Below are positions 39,037 through 48,214 of a stretch of 64,000 bases of DNA, in pieces. The position numbers were made by a program, and so were the translations under genes. Each line of letters begins with the position of its first letter. Positions within the stretch are counted from its first letter, which is position 1. The notes beneath the pieces were generated by a model. The model made no database searches, was not told the DNA's origin, and worked only from the letters and a program-made list of their open reading frames with translations. The DNA comes from an uncultured virus (IMG/VR IMGVR_UViG_3300037043_000022) (lineage: Duplodnaviria > Heunggongvirae > Uroviricota > Caudoviricetes), in the IMG/VR virus record IMGVR_UViG_3300037043_000022; one strand, 5' to 3'.

Positions 39037-39327
39037 ATGGAATATGAGCACGAGACGAGAGATGGGACGATCATAAAAATCTCAGAAATGAGTGATCAGC
39101 ACTTAATCAATACAATAAGGATGATTAGGAAAAGAGCCGTCGCCGGAATTACGTTGAGATCCGGTGGCGGCTCATTCCCAGATGATCATTGATATGACGA
39201 AACCTTTGTCATTGGGAAGGAGGCGGCACGACATCTTAATCTTCATATTTATGAGGCTGAATTGGCAAAACGGACAAAAGTAAAACAAGACAAACGCCGG
39301 CCCACCCGACGCATCCTCAAATTGTGA
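39037..39327 (+). pseudogene. hypothetical gene with one in-frame TGA (39190-39192)
   Basis: MEYEHETRDGTIIKISEMSDQHLINTIR...PDDH*YDETF...RRILKL*; frame continues past the TGA. Confidence 0.65.
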
Positions 39328-39339
39328 AAGGAACAAGAC

Positions 39340-39630
39340 ATGAAAAAGCAACGGCAGCGCAAAAAGCAATGTGGTCCAGATGGGTGGATAAAAGTGATGA
39401 TCGAAACGGAGAAACAACGTTGGCCGCACACGTTGGATGCACAGAAATGGACTTCGGAATTCTGCAAAAGATTTAGCGTCTTCACTAAGGAAGGCATAGT
39501 GCAGGACCAGCGCGGATTGATGATTGGTTGGTTTGCCAATGCCATCATGGCCGGATATGATACGGCCATGATGCGATCCGCACAAACTAAACGAAAAACC
39601 AAGAGAAAACCAACTAAGAAAAAATCATAA
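39340..39630 (+). CDS. hypothetical protein flanked by 18-bp direct repeats
   Basis: DAQKW..EF...MIGWFANAIMAGYD; cgacgcatcctcaaattg at 39307 and 39648. Confidence 0.65.
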   Translation: MKKQRQRKKQCGPDGWIKVMIETEKQRWPHTLDAQKWTSEFCKRFSVFTKEGIVQDQRGLMIGWFANAIMAGYDTAMMRSAQTKRKTKRKPTKKKS

Positions 39631-39675
39631 TATGAAATCGGCCCGTTCGACGCATCCTCAAATTGGGGTGATTTC

Positions 39676-40308
39676 ATGCATTGGCTGATGGATATAACCA
39701 AAGAACAATTACAAGACGTAATTCGGACTGCGAAACGTAGTTATAAGCCTCATAATCTCTCTAATCTTACTGATGTTCGTATAATCGAGAAATTATTCAA
39801 CAACGAGGTAAATCTACATTATGTATGTAAGAGCATGAATGAACAATTTCCAGCAATCTGCATAGCAGCAGTAAAACAGGATGTGAGCGGCAAAGCACTT
39901 AAATGTGTCAAGAAACAGACGCCAGAGATATGTCTGGCAGCAGTACAACAAGACGGTCATGCACTTCAATATGTTAAGGAACAGACACCAGAGATATGTC
40001 TGGCAGCAGTACAACAAGACGGTCATGCACTTCAATATGTTAAGGATCAGACGCCAGAGATATGTATAACAGCAGTAAAACAATATGGTTGGGTACTTCG
40101 ATATGTCAAAGAACAGACGCTAGAAATATGTATGGTGGCAGTACAGCGACATGGTTGGGCACTTAAGTATGTCAGGGAACAAACGCCAGAAATGTGTATG
40201 GCAGCAGTGAAACAAAGCCACCCAATGTCATGCACATATAAACACATCAAAGATCCAGTTCTTAAAGAAGAATTCAAAACGTGGGGAGTTAAAAAATGCA
40301 TTGGCTGA
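39676..40308 (+). CDS. DUF4116-type repeat protein with MHW leader
   Basis: MHWLMDITKEQLQDV plus repeats. Confidence 0.87.
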   Translation: MHWLMDITKEQLQDVIRTAKRSYKPHNLSNLTDVRIIEKLFNNEVNLHYVCKSMNEQFPAICIAAVKQDVSGKALKCVKKQTPEICLAAVQQDGHALQYVKEQTPEICLAAVQQDGHALQYVKDQTPEICITAVKQYGWVLRYVKEQTLEICMVAVQRHGWALKYVREQTPEMCMAAVKQSHPMSCTYKHIKDPVLKEEFKTWGVKKCIG

Positions 40309-41048
40309 TGGATATAACCAAAGAACAATTACAAGACGTAATCCAGACTGCAAAGCATGGTTATGATCTTATGTCTCCAGAAAATAGGTCCGTCATCACA
40401 GACACATCGGAACATGGCATAATTGAGAGATTGTTATGTGGTAAGATAGATTTATATTTTATCTTGGGACATATGAATAGACAATTTCCAGCGATTTGCA
40501 TGGCTGCCGTGCAACAAAATGGTTATGCACTCAGACTTGTCAAGGAACAAACACCAGAAATATGTCTGGCTGCAGTACAACAGAACGGCTATGCGCTTGA
40601 ATTTGTCAAAGAACAGACGCCAGAAATATGCCTGGCAGCAGTAAAAGATAATGGTTATGCTCTCCAAGATGTCAGAAGACAGATATTAGAAGGCATCTAT
40701 GGCGCACAAATACGTATGGCAGCGATAAGACAACAAGGCCATGCACTCAAATACATCGGAGAGCAAACACCCGAAATGTGTATGGCAGCAGTGCAACAAA
40801 ATGGTTGGGCACTGCAATTTGTCAAGAGTCAGACGCCAGAGATATGTATGGCAGCAATAAAACAAGATGGTCGAGCGCTTGAATATGTCAAGAATCAGAC
40901 ACCAGAAATATGTATGACAGCAGTGCGACAGGATGGTGGGGCACTTAAATATGTCAAGGAACAGACGCCAGAAATATGTTTAACTGCGGTGCAGCAATAT
41001 GGTCCAGCGCTTAAATATATGGCGGCGAACGTGCCGCCTAGGAGTTAA
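40296..41048 (+). CDS. DUF4116-type repeat protein with MHW leader
   Basis: MHWLMDITKEQLQDV plus repeats. Confidence 0.87.
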   Translation: MHWLMDITKEQLQDVIQTAKHGYDLMSPENRSVITDTSEHGIIERLLCGKIDLYFILGHMNRQFPAICMAAVQQNGYALRLVKEQTPEICLAAVQQNGYALEFVKEQTPEICLAAVKDNGYALQDVRRQILEGIYGAQIRMAAIRQQGHALKYIGEQTPEMCMAAVQQNGWALQFVKSQTPEICMAAIKQDGRALEYVKNQTPEICMTAVRQDGGALKYVKEQTPEICLTAVQQYGPALKYMAANVPPRS

Positions 41049-41051
41049 AAA

Positions 41052-41495
41052 ATGCACTGGCTGATGGATATAACTAAAGAACAATTACAAGACGTAATCC
41101 AGATTGTAAAGCATGGTGCCGCCGTCGGCGCTTTCGGTTATAATATGGAACGCAGTACAACGGATTATGAGATCGTCGAAAAATTATTAAACGATGAAAT
41201 AGATTTATATTACATATGCAATAACATAGATAAACAATTCCCCGCAATTTGTATGGCAGCAGTAAGACAAGATGGTTATGCACTGAATTGCATTAAGGAG
41301 CAGACGCCAGAATTGTGTATGGCCGCAGTACAACAAGATGGTTGGGCACTACAATTTGTCAAGGATCAGACGCCAGAAATATGCCTGGCAGCAGTAAGAC
41401 AAAATGATAACACTCACCGTTTCATTAGAAGCACAGAACTTCGTGCATCTATTAGAAGAGGTGATAAATTGGCCGATACAACCCTTTTACCATAG
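41052..41495 (+). CDS. DUF4116-type repeat protein with MHW leader
   Basis: MHWLMDITKEQLQDV plus about 3 repeats. Confidence 0.85.
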   Translation: MHWLMDITKEQLQDVIQIVKHGAAVGAFGYNMERSTTDYEIVEKLLNDEIDLYYICNNIDKQFPAICMAAVRQDGYALNCIKEQTPELCMAAVQQDGWALQFVKDQTPEICLAAVRQNDNTHRFIRSTELRASIRRGDKLADTTLLP

Positions 41496-41498
41496 GAG

Positions 41499-42404
41499 AT
41501 GAACATGGAACGATTTCCACCATTCATGGGCGAGATTTACGTAGCTAGGAAAGCAATCAAAGGAGCAGGACTACAGAAGATGCGCACCAGCAAAGACGTG
41601 CTCGATCTGTCAATACAAGCCGCAAAACAATTGCATGATTCATCGGCACATGATCCATCGATCTTCGGAGTGGTTATTGAAGCAATGCATTATGCCATTT
41701 CACATAAAGTTGTGTGCATCACCAAGGATCTTGCTGAATCCATAGTCAATACTAACATGAATGAAATATGCTTGGACAATCTACGATTGCCGTTTCATCT
41801 GTTCGAATTGTGCGTCGAACGTGGCACAAGATTGCCGAACGTGATTGGCGACGTGCCCAGTCTATTGGTATTGGTCGGACCAGATGAAGCTACTACCAAT
41901 ACGATTATGAAATTATTGGATCGTGCCGGTATGGTCATAGACGGCGGCATTGATCATGTCAGCAATGCCTTCAGGATGATGTATGGACAACCGCCTGAGA
42001 AATATCAGAGCAACGTTGATTTGCGCGAAACGAAAGGTAAGACCATTGACGACGTAATCAATGAATTGCCTGCCTTCAAAGTTGGACACTCATTAAACGA
42101 CGCAGAAAAAAAGCAATCGGCATCATTGATGCGTCTAATCATGGGCACGTTATGTTACTTAAACGTTAGAGAACCGGATCTACGAACGTTTAAAGACAAA
42201 CAACGGATGCAGTTAGGTGAGAAACCTAGTTGCATCCTACTAGGCGATAAATTCAAACCATCGCCATCATGGTATTTACGAAGGGCGCATTTCCGCATAT
42301 TACGTGATGAACGATATCGCAGAGACGATGAAGGCAAACCACGGGTAGTCTGGATTAGAGAAACTGAGGTCGCGGCGGAGGATAAAAATGAAAATAGGCA
42401 TTGA
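41499..42404 (+). CDS. phage hypothetical protein with C-terminal RRAHFR...WI motif
   Basis: YLRRAHFRILR...VVWIRETEV. Confidence 0.65.
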   Translation: MNMERFPPFMGEIYVARKAIKGAGLQKMRTSKDVLDLSIQAAKQLHDSSAHDPSIFGVVIEAMHYAISHKVVCITKDLAESIVNTNMNEICLDNLRLPFHLFELCVERGTRLPNVIGDVPSLLVLVGPDEATTNTIMKLLDRAGMVIDGGIDHVSNAFRMMYGQPPEKYQSNVDLRETKGKTIDDVINELPAFKVGHSLNDAEKKQSASLMRLIMGTLCYLNVREPDLRTFKDKQRMQLGEKPSCILLGDKFKPSPSWYLRRAHFRILRDERYRRDDEGKPRVVWIRETEVAAEDKNENRH

Positions 42405-42753
42405 TTTGGACGATACGATTACTGCCATGCCGGAATTCTTTGCAATCATCACCAAAGCATTGATCCAAAAACATCAGATTTATATCATTACGTATAGGGA
42501 CGGTCGCGAAGCTACAATCATCGACCTAAATGATTATAACATATCTTATACCGAATTAATCATGCCAAACGACAATGACGAAACGCCACAAGCGTTCAAA
42601 TCGAGAGTGGCCACGGAATTGGGCATTGATCTAATGATCGACGATTCGCCCGAAAACTTGTCAGAAATGCCCCCCGGCGTAAAACGAATGTGGATGTGCG
42701 ACGATGACGTATTCGATTTGAAAAAATGCATCAGAGCATTAAAGGAGAAATGA
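42388..42753 (+). CDS. HAD-superfamily phosphatase/nucleotidase-like protein
   Basis: IGIDLDDTI (DxD), IITYR, K, MIDDS motifs. Confidence 0.75.
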   Translation: MKIGIDLDDTITAMPEFFAIITKALIQKHQIYIITYRDGREATIIDLNDYNISYTELIMPNDNDETPQAFKSRVATELGIDLMIDDSPENLSEMPPGVKRMWMCDDDVFDLKKCIRALKEK

Positions 42754-43157
42754 GCATGAAAATGACCTTACTGGAAACTCCCGAAGATTTTAAATGGCTT
42801 GAAGAAACACACGGCATAAACCTAAGCCTACGACTCAAACCAAACGAAAAAGTGGTTTGCGCATTACTTAAAGGTAATGAAGATGTTCCATATAAGATTG
42901 AAACCTACGCCAGAAATGACATTAATTGTCCACCCGAAAGAACCTATTTGCCCTATGAAGTTTCTGACGAACTTTGCATGGTTGAAATTTCTAAAGGACA
43001 TTTAAGGTTTCATGGTCAATATGAATACTTCGGATTTGAAGATTCTGTTTATAAAGCAAACATTCATGATTTGGTAACAACAAATGGAACGAGAGATGGG
43101 CGATTTGAATGTTATGTCTCGTCGTGGGACGCATGTCAAGGACTGATGACACAATAG
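42750..43157 (+). CDS. hypothetical protein
   Basis: AAGGAG RBS. Confidence 0.55.
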   Translation: MSMKMTLLETPEDFKWLEETHGINLSLRLKPNEKVVCALLKGNEDVPYKIETYARNDINCPPERTYLPYEVSDELCMVEISKGHLRFHGQYEYFGFEDSVYKANIHDLVTTNGTRDGRFECYVSSWDACQGLMTQ

Positions 43158-43183
43158 CATGGGGCTATAGGAGGGGTGAAATC

Positions 43184-43822
43184 ATGAAAGAAGAGAAAGG
43201 TACGACGTATCTCGTCGTCAGTTACATCCCACTGTTCTTGAAACCGGCACCGGTCATGTTCTACGCAAAGGTCGAGAAAGACGTGGAAGAGTATTCCAAC
43301 GAAATATCCCGTGCCATAAATGAAGCACCCTCGCCTGGAGCATGTCTCTGGTACTCCACTGAAGACGGCGGGACGGCCACGCCCTGCTTCTTAATCGATC
43401 GGGCTGAGGAGGTCGTCGAACACCTAAAGGTTTGGACGGAAGGCAATCCGTCTGAATGGTTTAAATTGTTTGTTTATGCTGAGAGCGACAAGTATCACGT
43501 CGTCCTCTTTCCAAATCTGGAGAAATCAATTGAACGATTCAAAATCAGCATGCTTCATCTGACTGGTGAATTTGCTGACAACCACGGTAAATTTTCGCTG
43601 CTGTTTAGACCGCTGCACTTCATCAGCCCTGGATTGGGTTATGGCAGCAAAATGCTGTCGAAAGTCGGTAAAACGGCCATGCTCGGTTTTCTCGACGCAA
43701 AGACTGATCACAATGATTTCCAACACGCCAAACCGGTAGAAGTCGGACCGTTTGAAGTAAACCCTGAAGGCTTTATGAAAGGACAATGGAAGAATTATCT
43801 TAGAAACAGCGAAAAGTATTGA
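43184..43822 (+). CDS. hypothetical protein
   Basis: AGGAGG RBS before MKEEKG. Confidence 0.6.
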   Translation: MKEEKGTTYLVVSYIPLFLKPAPVMFYAKVEKDVEEYSNEISRAINEAPSPGACLWYSTEDGGTATPCFLIDRAEEVVEHLKVWTEGNPSEWFKLFVYAESDKYHVVLFPNLEKSIERFKISMLHLTGEFADNHGKFSLLFRPLHFISPGLGYGSKMLSKVGKTAMLGFLDAKTDHNDFQHAKPVEVGPFEVNPEGFMKGQWKNYLRNSEKY

Positions 43823-43896
43823 CGGTAAGGTCCAAAAGAAGTAAAATCAGACACCAATTGAGACGTCGAATCTGGCCTCTATCGAGGGTGAGTAAA

Positions 43897-44388
43897 ATGA
43901 TCCATGACGCGGCACGTCTGGCAGCCAATGCCCATTATGGGCAAGACAGGAAATATACCGGCGACCCCTATATCGTTCATCCCGCAGCCGTAGCCACTAT
44001 GGTGAACGCCGTGGAGGGCAGATGCGATGCCATAGTTGCTGCTGCTTGGTTGCATGATGTGTTGGAAGACACCAAGATTACAGTAGCCCACATGCAAGAG
44101 ATGGGAATCGACAAACAAGTCATTTTCTATGTATGCGAGCTTACTGATCAGAGCAGTGGTCTGGGCAATCGGGCTGTTCGAAAAGCGACTGAATGCCGAC
44201 GATTGGGAGAATGTTGTGCTGAGGTTCAGACCATCAAGTTGGCCGATCTCATCGACAATACGAAATCCATCGTCGATCACGATCCACACTTTGCTCAATT
44301 ATACTTACAAGAGAAGGAAGAATTGTTAAAGGCATTGACTAAAGGAGATCGGAAGTTGTTTGATCAAGCAAACGACGTTAAAACATAG
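43897..44388 (+). CDS. HD-domain hydrolase, RelA/SpoT-hydrolase (Mesh1/SAH)-like
   Basis: AHYGQDRKYTGDPYIVHP, AAWLHDVLEDT, LTD, IKLADLIDN. Confidence 0.85.
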   Translation: MIHDAARLAANAHYGQDRKYTGDPYIVHPAAVATMVNAVEGRCDAIVAAAWLHDVLEDTKITVAHMQEMGIDKQVIFYVCELTDQSSGLGNRAVRKATECRRLGECCAEVQTIKLADLIDNTKSIVDHDPHFAQLYLQEKEELLKALTKGDRKLFDQANDVKT

Positions 44389-44432
44389 TCTCGATAAATT
44401 AAGTAAACATTCATCGTTTGAGGAGGAACGAC

Positions 44433-44633
44433 ATGTGTAAATGTGCTTTTTGTGGACAAGTGATGCCTGAAGAGAGATTGGAACTCGGATTGACGGAATG
44501 CATCAAATGCGCCCCACAAGACAGACCATTAGGTGTCATGGAATATGGACATAAGACAGCAGGCGTATTGGTCGTCACCTATTCACGCCAAGAATTTGAA
44601 GACCTCAAAAAGCCAGCCAATAAGAGACGGTAA
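44433..44633 (+). CDS. DksA/TraR C4 zinc-finger protein
   Basis: CAFCGQVMPEERLEL...CIKC. Confidence 0.7.
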   Translation: MCKCAFCGQVMPEERLELGLTECIKCAPQDRPLGVMEYGHKTAGVLVVTYSRQEFEDLKKPANKRR

Positions 44634-44646
44634 CGATGACAAGAGA

Positions 44647-45042
44647 ATGGAGATGCCCATGACAAATGAAGAGATTCTATCAGGACTGCATTCAAATAGC
44701 GACATCAGTTTCAAAAACGGCAGTGGTTATATTCAACACAATCGACATGACGTTATATCCGCCAGAAGAAAGTTGATGAAAGCAATCTATGAAGGTGTTG
44801 ACCCATTTGACCAACGAATCAACGATTATGCTTTTGGTAGGATGTTAGACGATACCAACAATCCACATTATGGCACGTACGTCAGATTATTTTTATGTAT
44901 TGATAATAAAACGTGGCGCGAATATGGTCAACCATATTTTGCCATTAATCCGGGCGAAGCCGAAGACGTATGTTTGAATAAAGTAAGCGGGGCGAAACGC
45001 GCCGTGTCAAAGAAGAAACGCGGGAGAATATTGCAGTTATGA
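44647..45042 (+). CDS. hypothetical protein
   Basis: Ends KKRGRILQL; start approximate. Confidence 0.55.
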   Translation: MEMPMTNEEILSGLHSNSDISFKNGSGYIQHNRHDVISARRKLMKAIYEGVDPFDQRINDYAFGRMLDDTNNPHYGTYVRLFLCIDNKTWREYGQPYFAINPGEAEDVCLNKVSGAKRAVSKKKRGRILQL

Positions 45043-45077
45043 GGCTGCAATAAAAGGAGGCTATAAGGAGAACGGAA

Positions 45078-45506
45078 ATGAGCCTTTACAATTTACTTCA
45101 CGGCATGACTCCAGCAACATTTTTTGTGCTTCCGATTCTTGGTCAACATCCAGACAAATATCCTCGGTTTCGTGACTGTTTCTTAATGGATGAAACATGT
45201 CCGGAATACAATGGAATGATTCATATTTATACTCGCGTTGGGGGTAATAATAGAGAGGAATACGCCAATCAAATTTCAGCCCTACAATCCAAAAATGGTT
45301 ATGTGACTGATTACGACGATCCTTACGATTCAACATATGCTACTTTTGTATTTGAAATACCGCCGAAATGGCGCGAAGACGTTGATAAATTCGTTCGCGG
45401 AGAATTACTAGAAACCAGTCAGGAATATAAAGATTTGATAATAAGTACATATCCAAAGCTAGCAGACAAACTTCAACATGCCTTTAAGGAGTCGGGGAGA
45501 ACATGA
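45078..45506 (+). CDS. conserved phage hypothetical protein
   Basis: RFRDC...YTRVGGNNREEY...DD.YDSTYA. Confidence 0.7.
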   Translation: MSLYNLLHGMTPATFFVLPILGQHPDKYPRFRDCFLMDETCPEYNGMIHIYTRVGGNNREEYANQISALQSKNGYVTDYDDPYDSTYATFVFEIPPKWREDVDKFVRGELLETSQEYKDLIISTYPKLADKLQHAFKESGRT

Positions 45507-46006
45507 ACCTCAAACTTGATCTGCATCCTCCAATCGAGAAATGTCGCTGCGTCATTCGATTGCGAACGTCGATTTGGTCGGACAAAAATGGTTTTCATGT
45601 CAAGCGCAGCCTGACTTATCTGCGTCGTAAATGTATGGGGCATAATCTTCTCGAAAACGACATAGAATATGTAGGTGCCGAAGAAATGTCATTAAAAATG
45701 AACCTCAACAAATACGAAGATGGTATTTATGAAGTGAAGACCTGTAACATAAGACGAGATTGGGAGACCGGTATGATTGACGATTATGATTATGCACTAG
45801 TGCCAATAGATGAGAAGGAAGCAAGGGATGAGCAATTAAGACAAACATGCTCCCCTGAGCATCCAATGCCCAAAGACGCCACAGGGCGATGGGAACATAC
45901 CAACGTAGAGGAAATCAAATGTGAAGATGGTCATCCTGGTGGTGATGTCGTAACCCTACGATGTAAAGACTGCGGCAAGATATGGAGATCAGAATCGCCA
46001 CAATGA
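45503..46006 (+). CDS. hypothetical protein
   Basis: RDWETGMIDDY; C-terminal CKDC. Confidence 0.6.
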   Translation: MNLKLDLHPPIEKCRCVIRLRTSIWSDKNGFHVKRSLTYLRRKCMGHNLLENDIEYVGAEEMSLKMNLNKYEDGIYEVKTCNIRRDWETGMIDDYDYALVPIDEKEARDEQLRQTCSPEHPMPKDATGRWEHTNVEEIKCEDGHPGGDVVTLRCKDCGKIWRSESPQ

Positions 46007-46019
46007 AAGGAGAAGGAAG

Positions 46020-47048
46020 ATGAAAGAGTGGGAGAAGGAAGATGAAAAAATATCATTATCAGCTGTAGACGCTAGGGCGTTAGTCCGCAATGCAATTGCG
46101 GCGAGGGGGGATGTAGCTGCAAAGTTGCTGGAAACATGCCAAAAAGAATGCGAATTGGAACATGTAGTGTCATCTGTTGTCTCATTTGTAGGTAATCGAA
46201 TCAGAGAGGCGGCTATGAACGAGAAGCTGTCAATTGTGGTAGACTCGTCGAATATATCCGATGCGTTTAGTAAAATTGATCCGCAGCTACGGAGATCGAT
46301 GTTTATGTTAGACAATACGAGATTTAATGATATTGATTGGATACCCTCAATCGCGCTAGGTGAATTGATCAAAAATAAACTCTCAGATGCCGGATATGCA
46401 GTTCATATCGAACGGGTTGGTTCAAGTGTGTATTTTGTCGGGCAGGAAGCCACATTCGGCCGGGGTTTCGTATTACGCATAAGTTGGGAGTCACAAAACA
46501 CACACACCAACACCACAGTGAGTAAAGAGGAAGGAAAGATGATAAACGATGTTCCGAAAACGGCGGACATGGAAGAACGAACGACAGAACTACGGCTGGT
46601 GACGAGGGAAGTGCTTATCCTGGTTGACGGGACGAAAAACATTGCGAAGACATCTAATAAAGAGATTTTACAACAGAAGTGGCTTGTTGGTGCGGAAGGA
46701 AAATGTGAAGCGGAATGGCGAGACGTCCCTATTGTTAAAGAGACGGCAACGGTTAAAGAGACGGCAACGGATGTTAAAAAACTGACTGAATTGCAGTGCA
46801 AAATTCTACATACGCTGTGGCCCACGATCGCCGACAAGGTGTATCCAGGGCTGGAATATACCGTTGAGCAGGGTGGTACTCGCATATGCTTACAATTTGT
46901 GACGTTGATTGACAACATTGAGGGGTTTGACCTTCAAACAGATCGTCCGTGTGCGTGTCTTGTATTCGACATTGGCGATCTGGCTGTTTTATTTGGCGTA
47001 CCTGCCGCTTCGCACATTAAGGTTGACTCGCCAAAGGCACAAAAATAG
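46020..47048 (+). CDS. hypothetical protein, possibly a fusion of smaller genes
   Basis: AAGGAG RBS; internal RBS-like sites. Confidence 0.6.
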   Translation: MKEWEKEDEKISLSAVDARALVRNAIAARGDVAAKLLETCQKECELEHVVSSVVSFVGNRIREAAMNEKLSIVVDSSNISDAFSKIDPQLRRSMFMLDNTRFNDIDWIPSIALGELIKNKLSDAGYAVHIERVGSSVYFVGQEATFGRGFVLRISWESQNTHTNTTVSKEEGKMINDVPKTADMEERTTELRLVTREVLILVDGTKNIAKTSNKEILQQKWLVGAEGKCEAEWRDVPIVKETATVKETATDVKKLTELQCKILHTLWPTIADKVYPGLEYTVEQGGTRICLQFVTLIDNIEGFDLQTDRPCACLVFDIGDLAVLFGVPAASHIKVDSPKAQK

Positions 47049-47061
47049 GAGTAGACAAGAA

Positions 47062-47292
47062 ATGAAAATTACTGAATTGGTTGAGAAATTATTGAAATTG
47101 CGCGACGAATATGGTGATCTGGATGTCGAAACCAGAAATCCTGCAGGTGATCGAGATACGGTTAGGGATGTGATCGTTGAGATTCAGAAGATTTTGTCAT
47201 ATGCCCGATCCCAACTACGCGAATATGCTTTTATTTCGACTGACGAGGGTGATGGGAATGAGGATAGGGATGAGAGTACGAAGCCAACGTAA
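47062..47292 (+). CDS. hypothetical protein
   Basis: MKITELVEKL...YGDLDV. Confidence 0.6.
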   Translation: MKITELVEKLLKLRDEYGDLDVETRNPAGDRDTVRDVIVEIQKILSYARSQLREYAFISTDEGDGNEDRDESTKPT

Positions 47293-47408
47293 ACAAGCAG
47301 CCAAGGACGAGAAGCGGCGACGGCATCGTAATGCTGTAGAATGTGTGCGGCAGGCCACAGAAAAAGCTCTACAAGCTCTACAGGCTGAGACGGAAGAGAG
47401 GATAAAAC

Positions 47409-47921
47409 GTGCACTGGATGATGAGCGCAAGCAAGGAACAATTAGCTGACGTAATTGAAGCAGTAAGGAAGATAAACAATGATTATGAACAAATGAAGGA
47501 TGAGGAAATTGTCGAGAAACTGTTGAGTGATGAAATAAATTTTTGTGAGATACTTAAACGTTTGGATAAACAATTCCCTGAGATCTGTATGGCAGCCATA
47601 ACGAAAGATGATTGGGATTTCCTTAGCGGCGGAAAATACACACTGAGCGTAACCACTGGTCGAACGATAGATCACGTTAAGGAGCAGACGCCGGAAATGT
47701 GTCTGGCAGCAGTAAAACAGGATGGTCATGCACTTGAATATGTCAGAGAACAAACACCAGAAATATGCATGGCAGCAATAAAACAAAATAGCAATGCACT
47801 TCAATATGTCAAAGACGAGAGATTAAGGAAGGAATTAAGGAAGGAAATATGCGAACAAGTGCCTGTGCAATGGTTTGCACCCGCTGGTCTTTTGGAACGA
47901 ACGCAAAGAAAGGAGCAATAA
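47409..47921 (+). CDS. DUF4116-type repeat protein with MHW leader
   Basis: GTG start, MHWMMSASKEQLADV. Confidence 0.85.
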   Translation: MHWMMSASKEQLADVIEAVRKINNDYEQMKDEEIVEKLLSDEINFCEILKRLDKQFPEICMAAITKDDWDFLSGGKYTLSVTTGRTIDHVKEQTPEMCLAAVKQDGHALEYVREQTPEICMAAIKQNSNALQYVKDERLRKELRKEICEQVPVQWFAPAGLLERTQRKEQ

Positions 47922-48181
47922 TGGGTCTTGTCATCGGGCAATTACAATTGCCCAAGATGGACGGCGTGTGGATTACGCCAAGGATTAGAATCATAGGTGA
48001 ACCAACGCCCCGGCCTGATCTCGGTGACAATAAATTGGCATGTCTTGCCGACGTGGACGGACTGCTCTGCGTGATTGAATTATCTTTACGAATGCTCGTT
48101 GATGGGATAAAAGACGGCAGAAACCGGACGGACGAGATAATGACGGCGACGGACAAACACAACACCAAACTGACGTGGTAA
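47921..48181 (+). CDS. hypothetical protein
   Basis: AAGGAG RBS before MGLVIG. Confidence 0.55.
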   Translation: MGLVIGQLQLPKMDGVWITPRIRIIGEPTPRPDLGDNKLACLADVDGLLCVIELSLRMLVDGIKDGRNRTDEIMTATDKHNTKLTW

Positions 48182-48214
48182 AACAATCCCACCCCATAAT
48201 GAAAGCGAGAAAAC

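Noticed and set aside
39190..39192. Alternative genetic code (TGA or TAG recoding)
   Set aside because: Only one in-frame TGA was seen. TGA and TAG end many genes directly before the next RBS or start, and long genes are intact under code 11.
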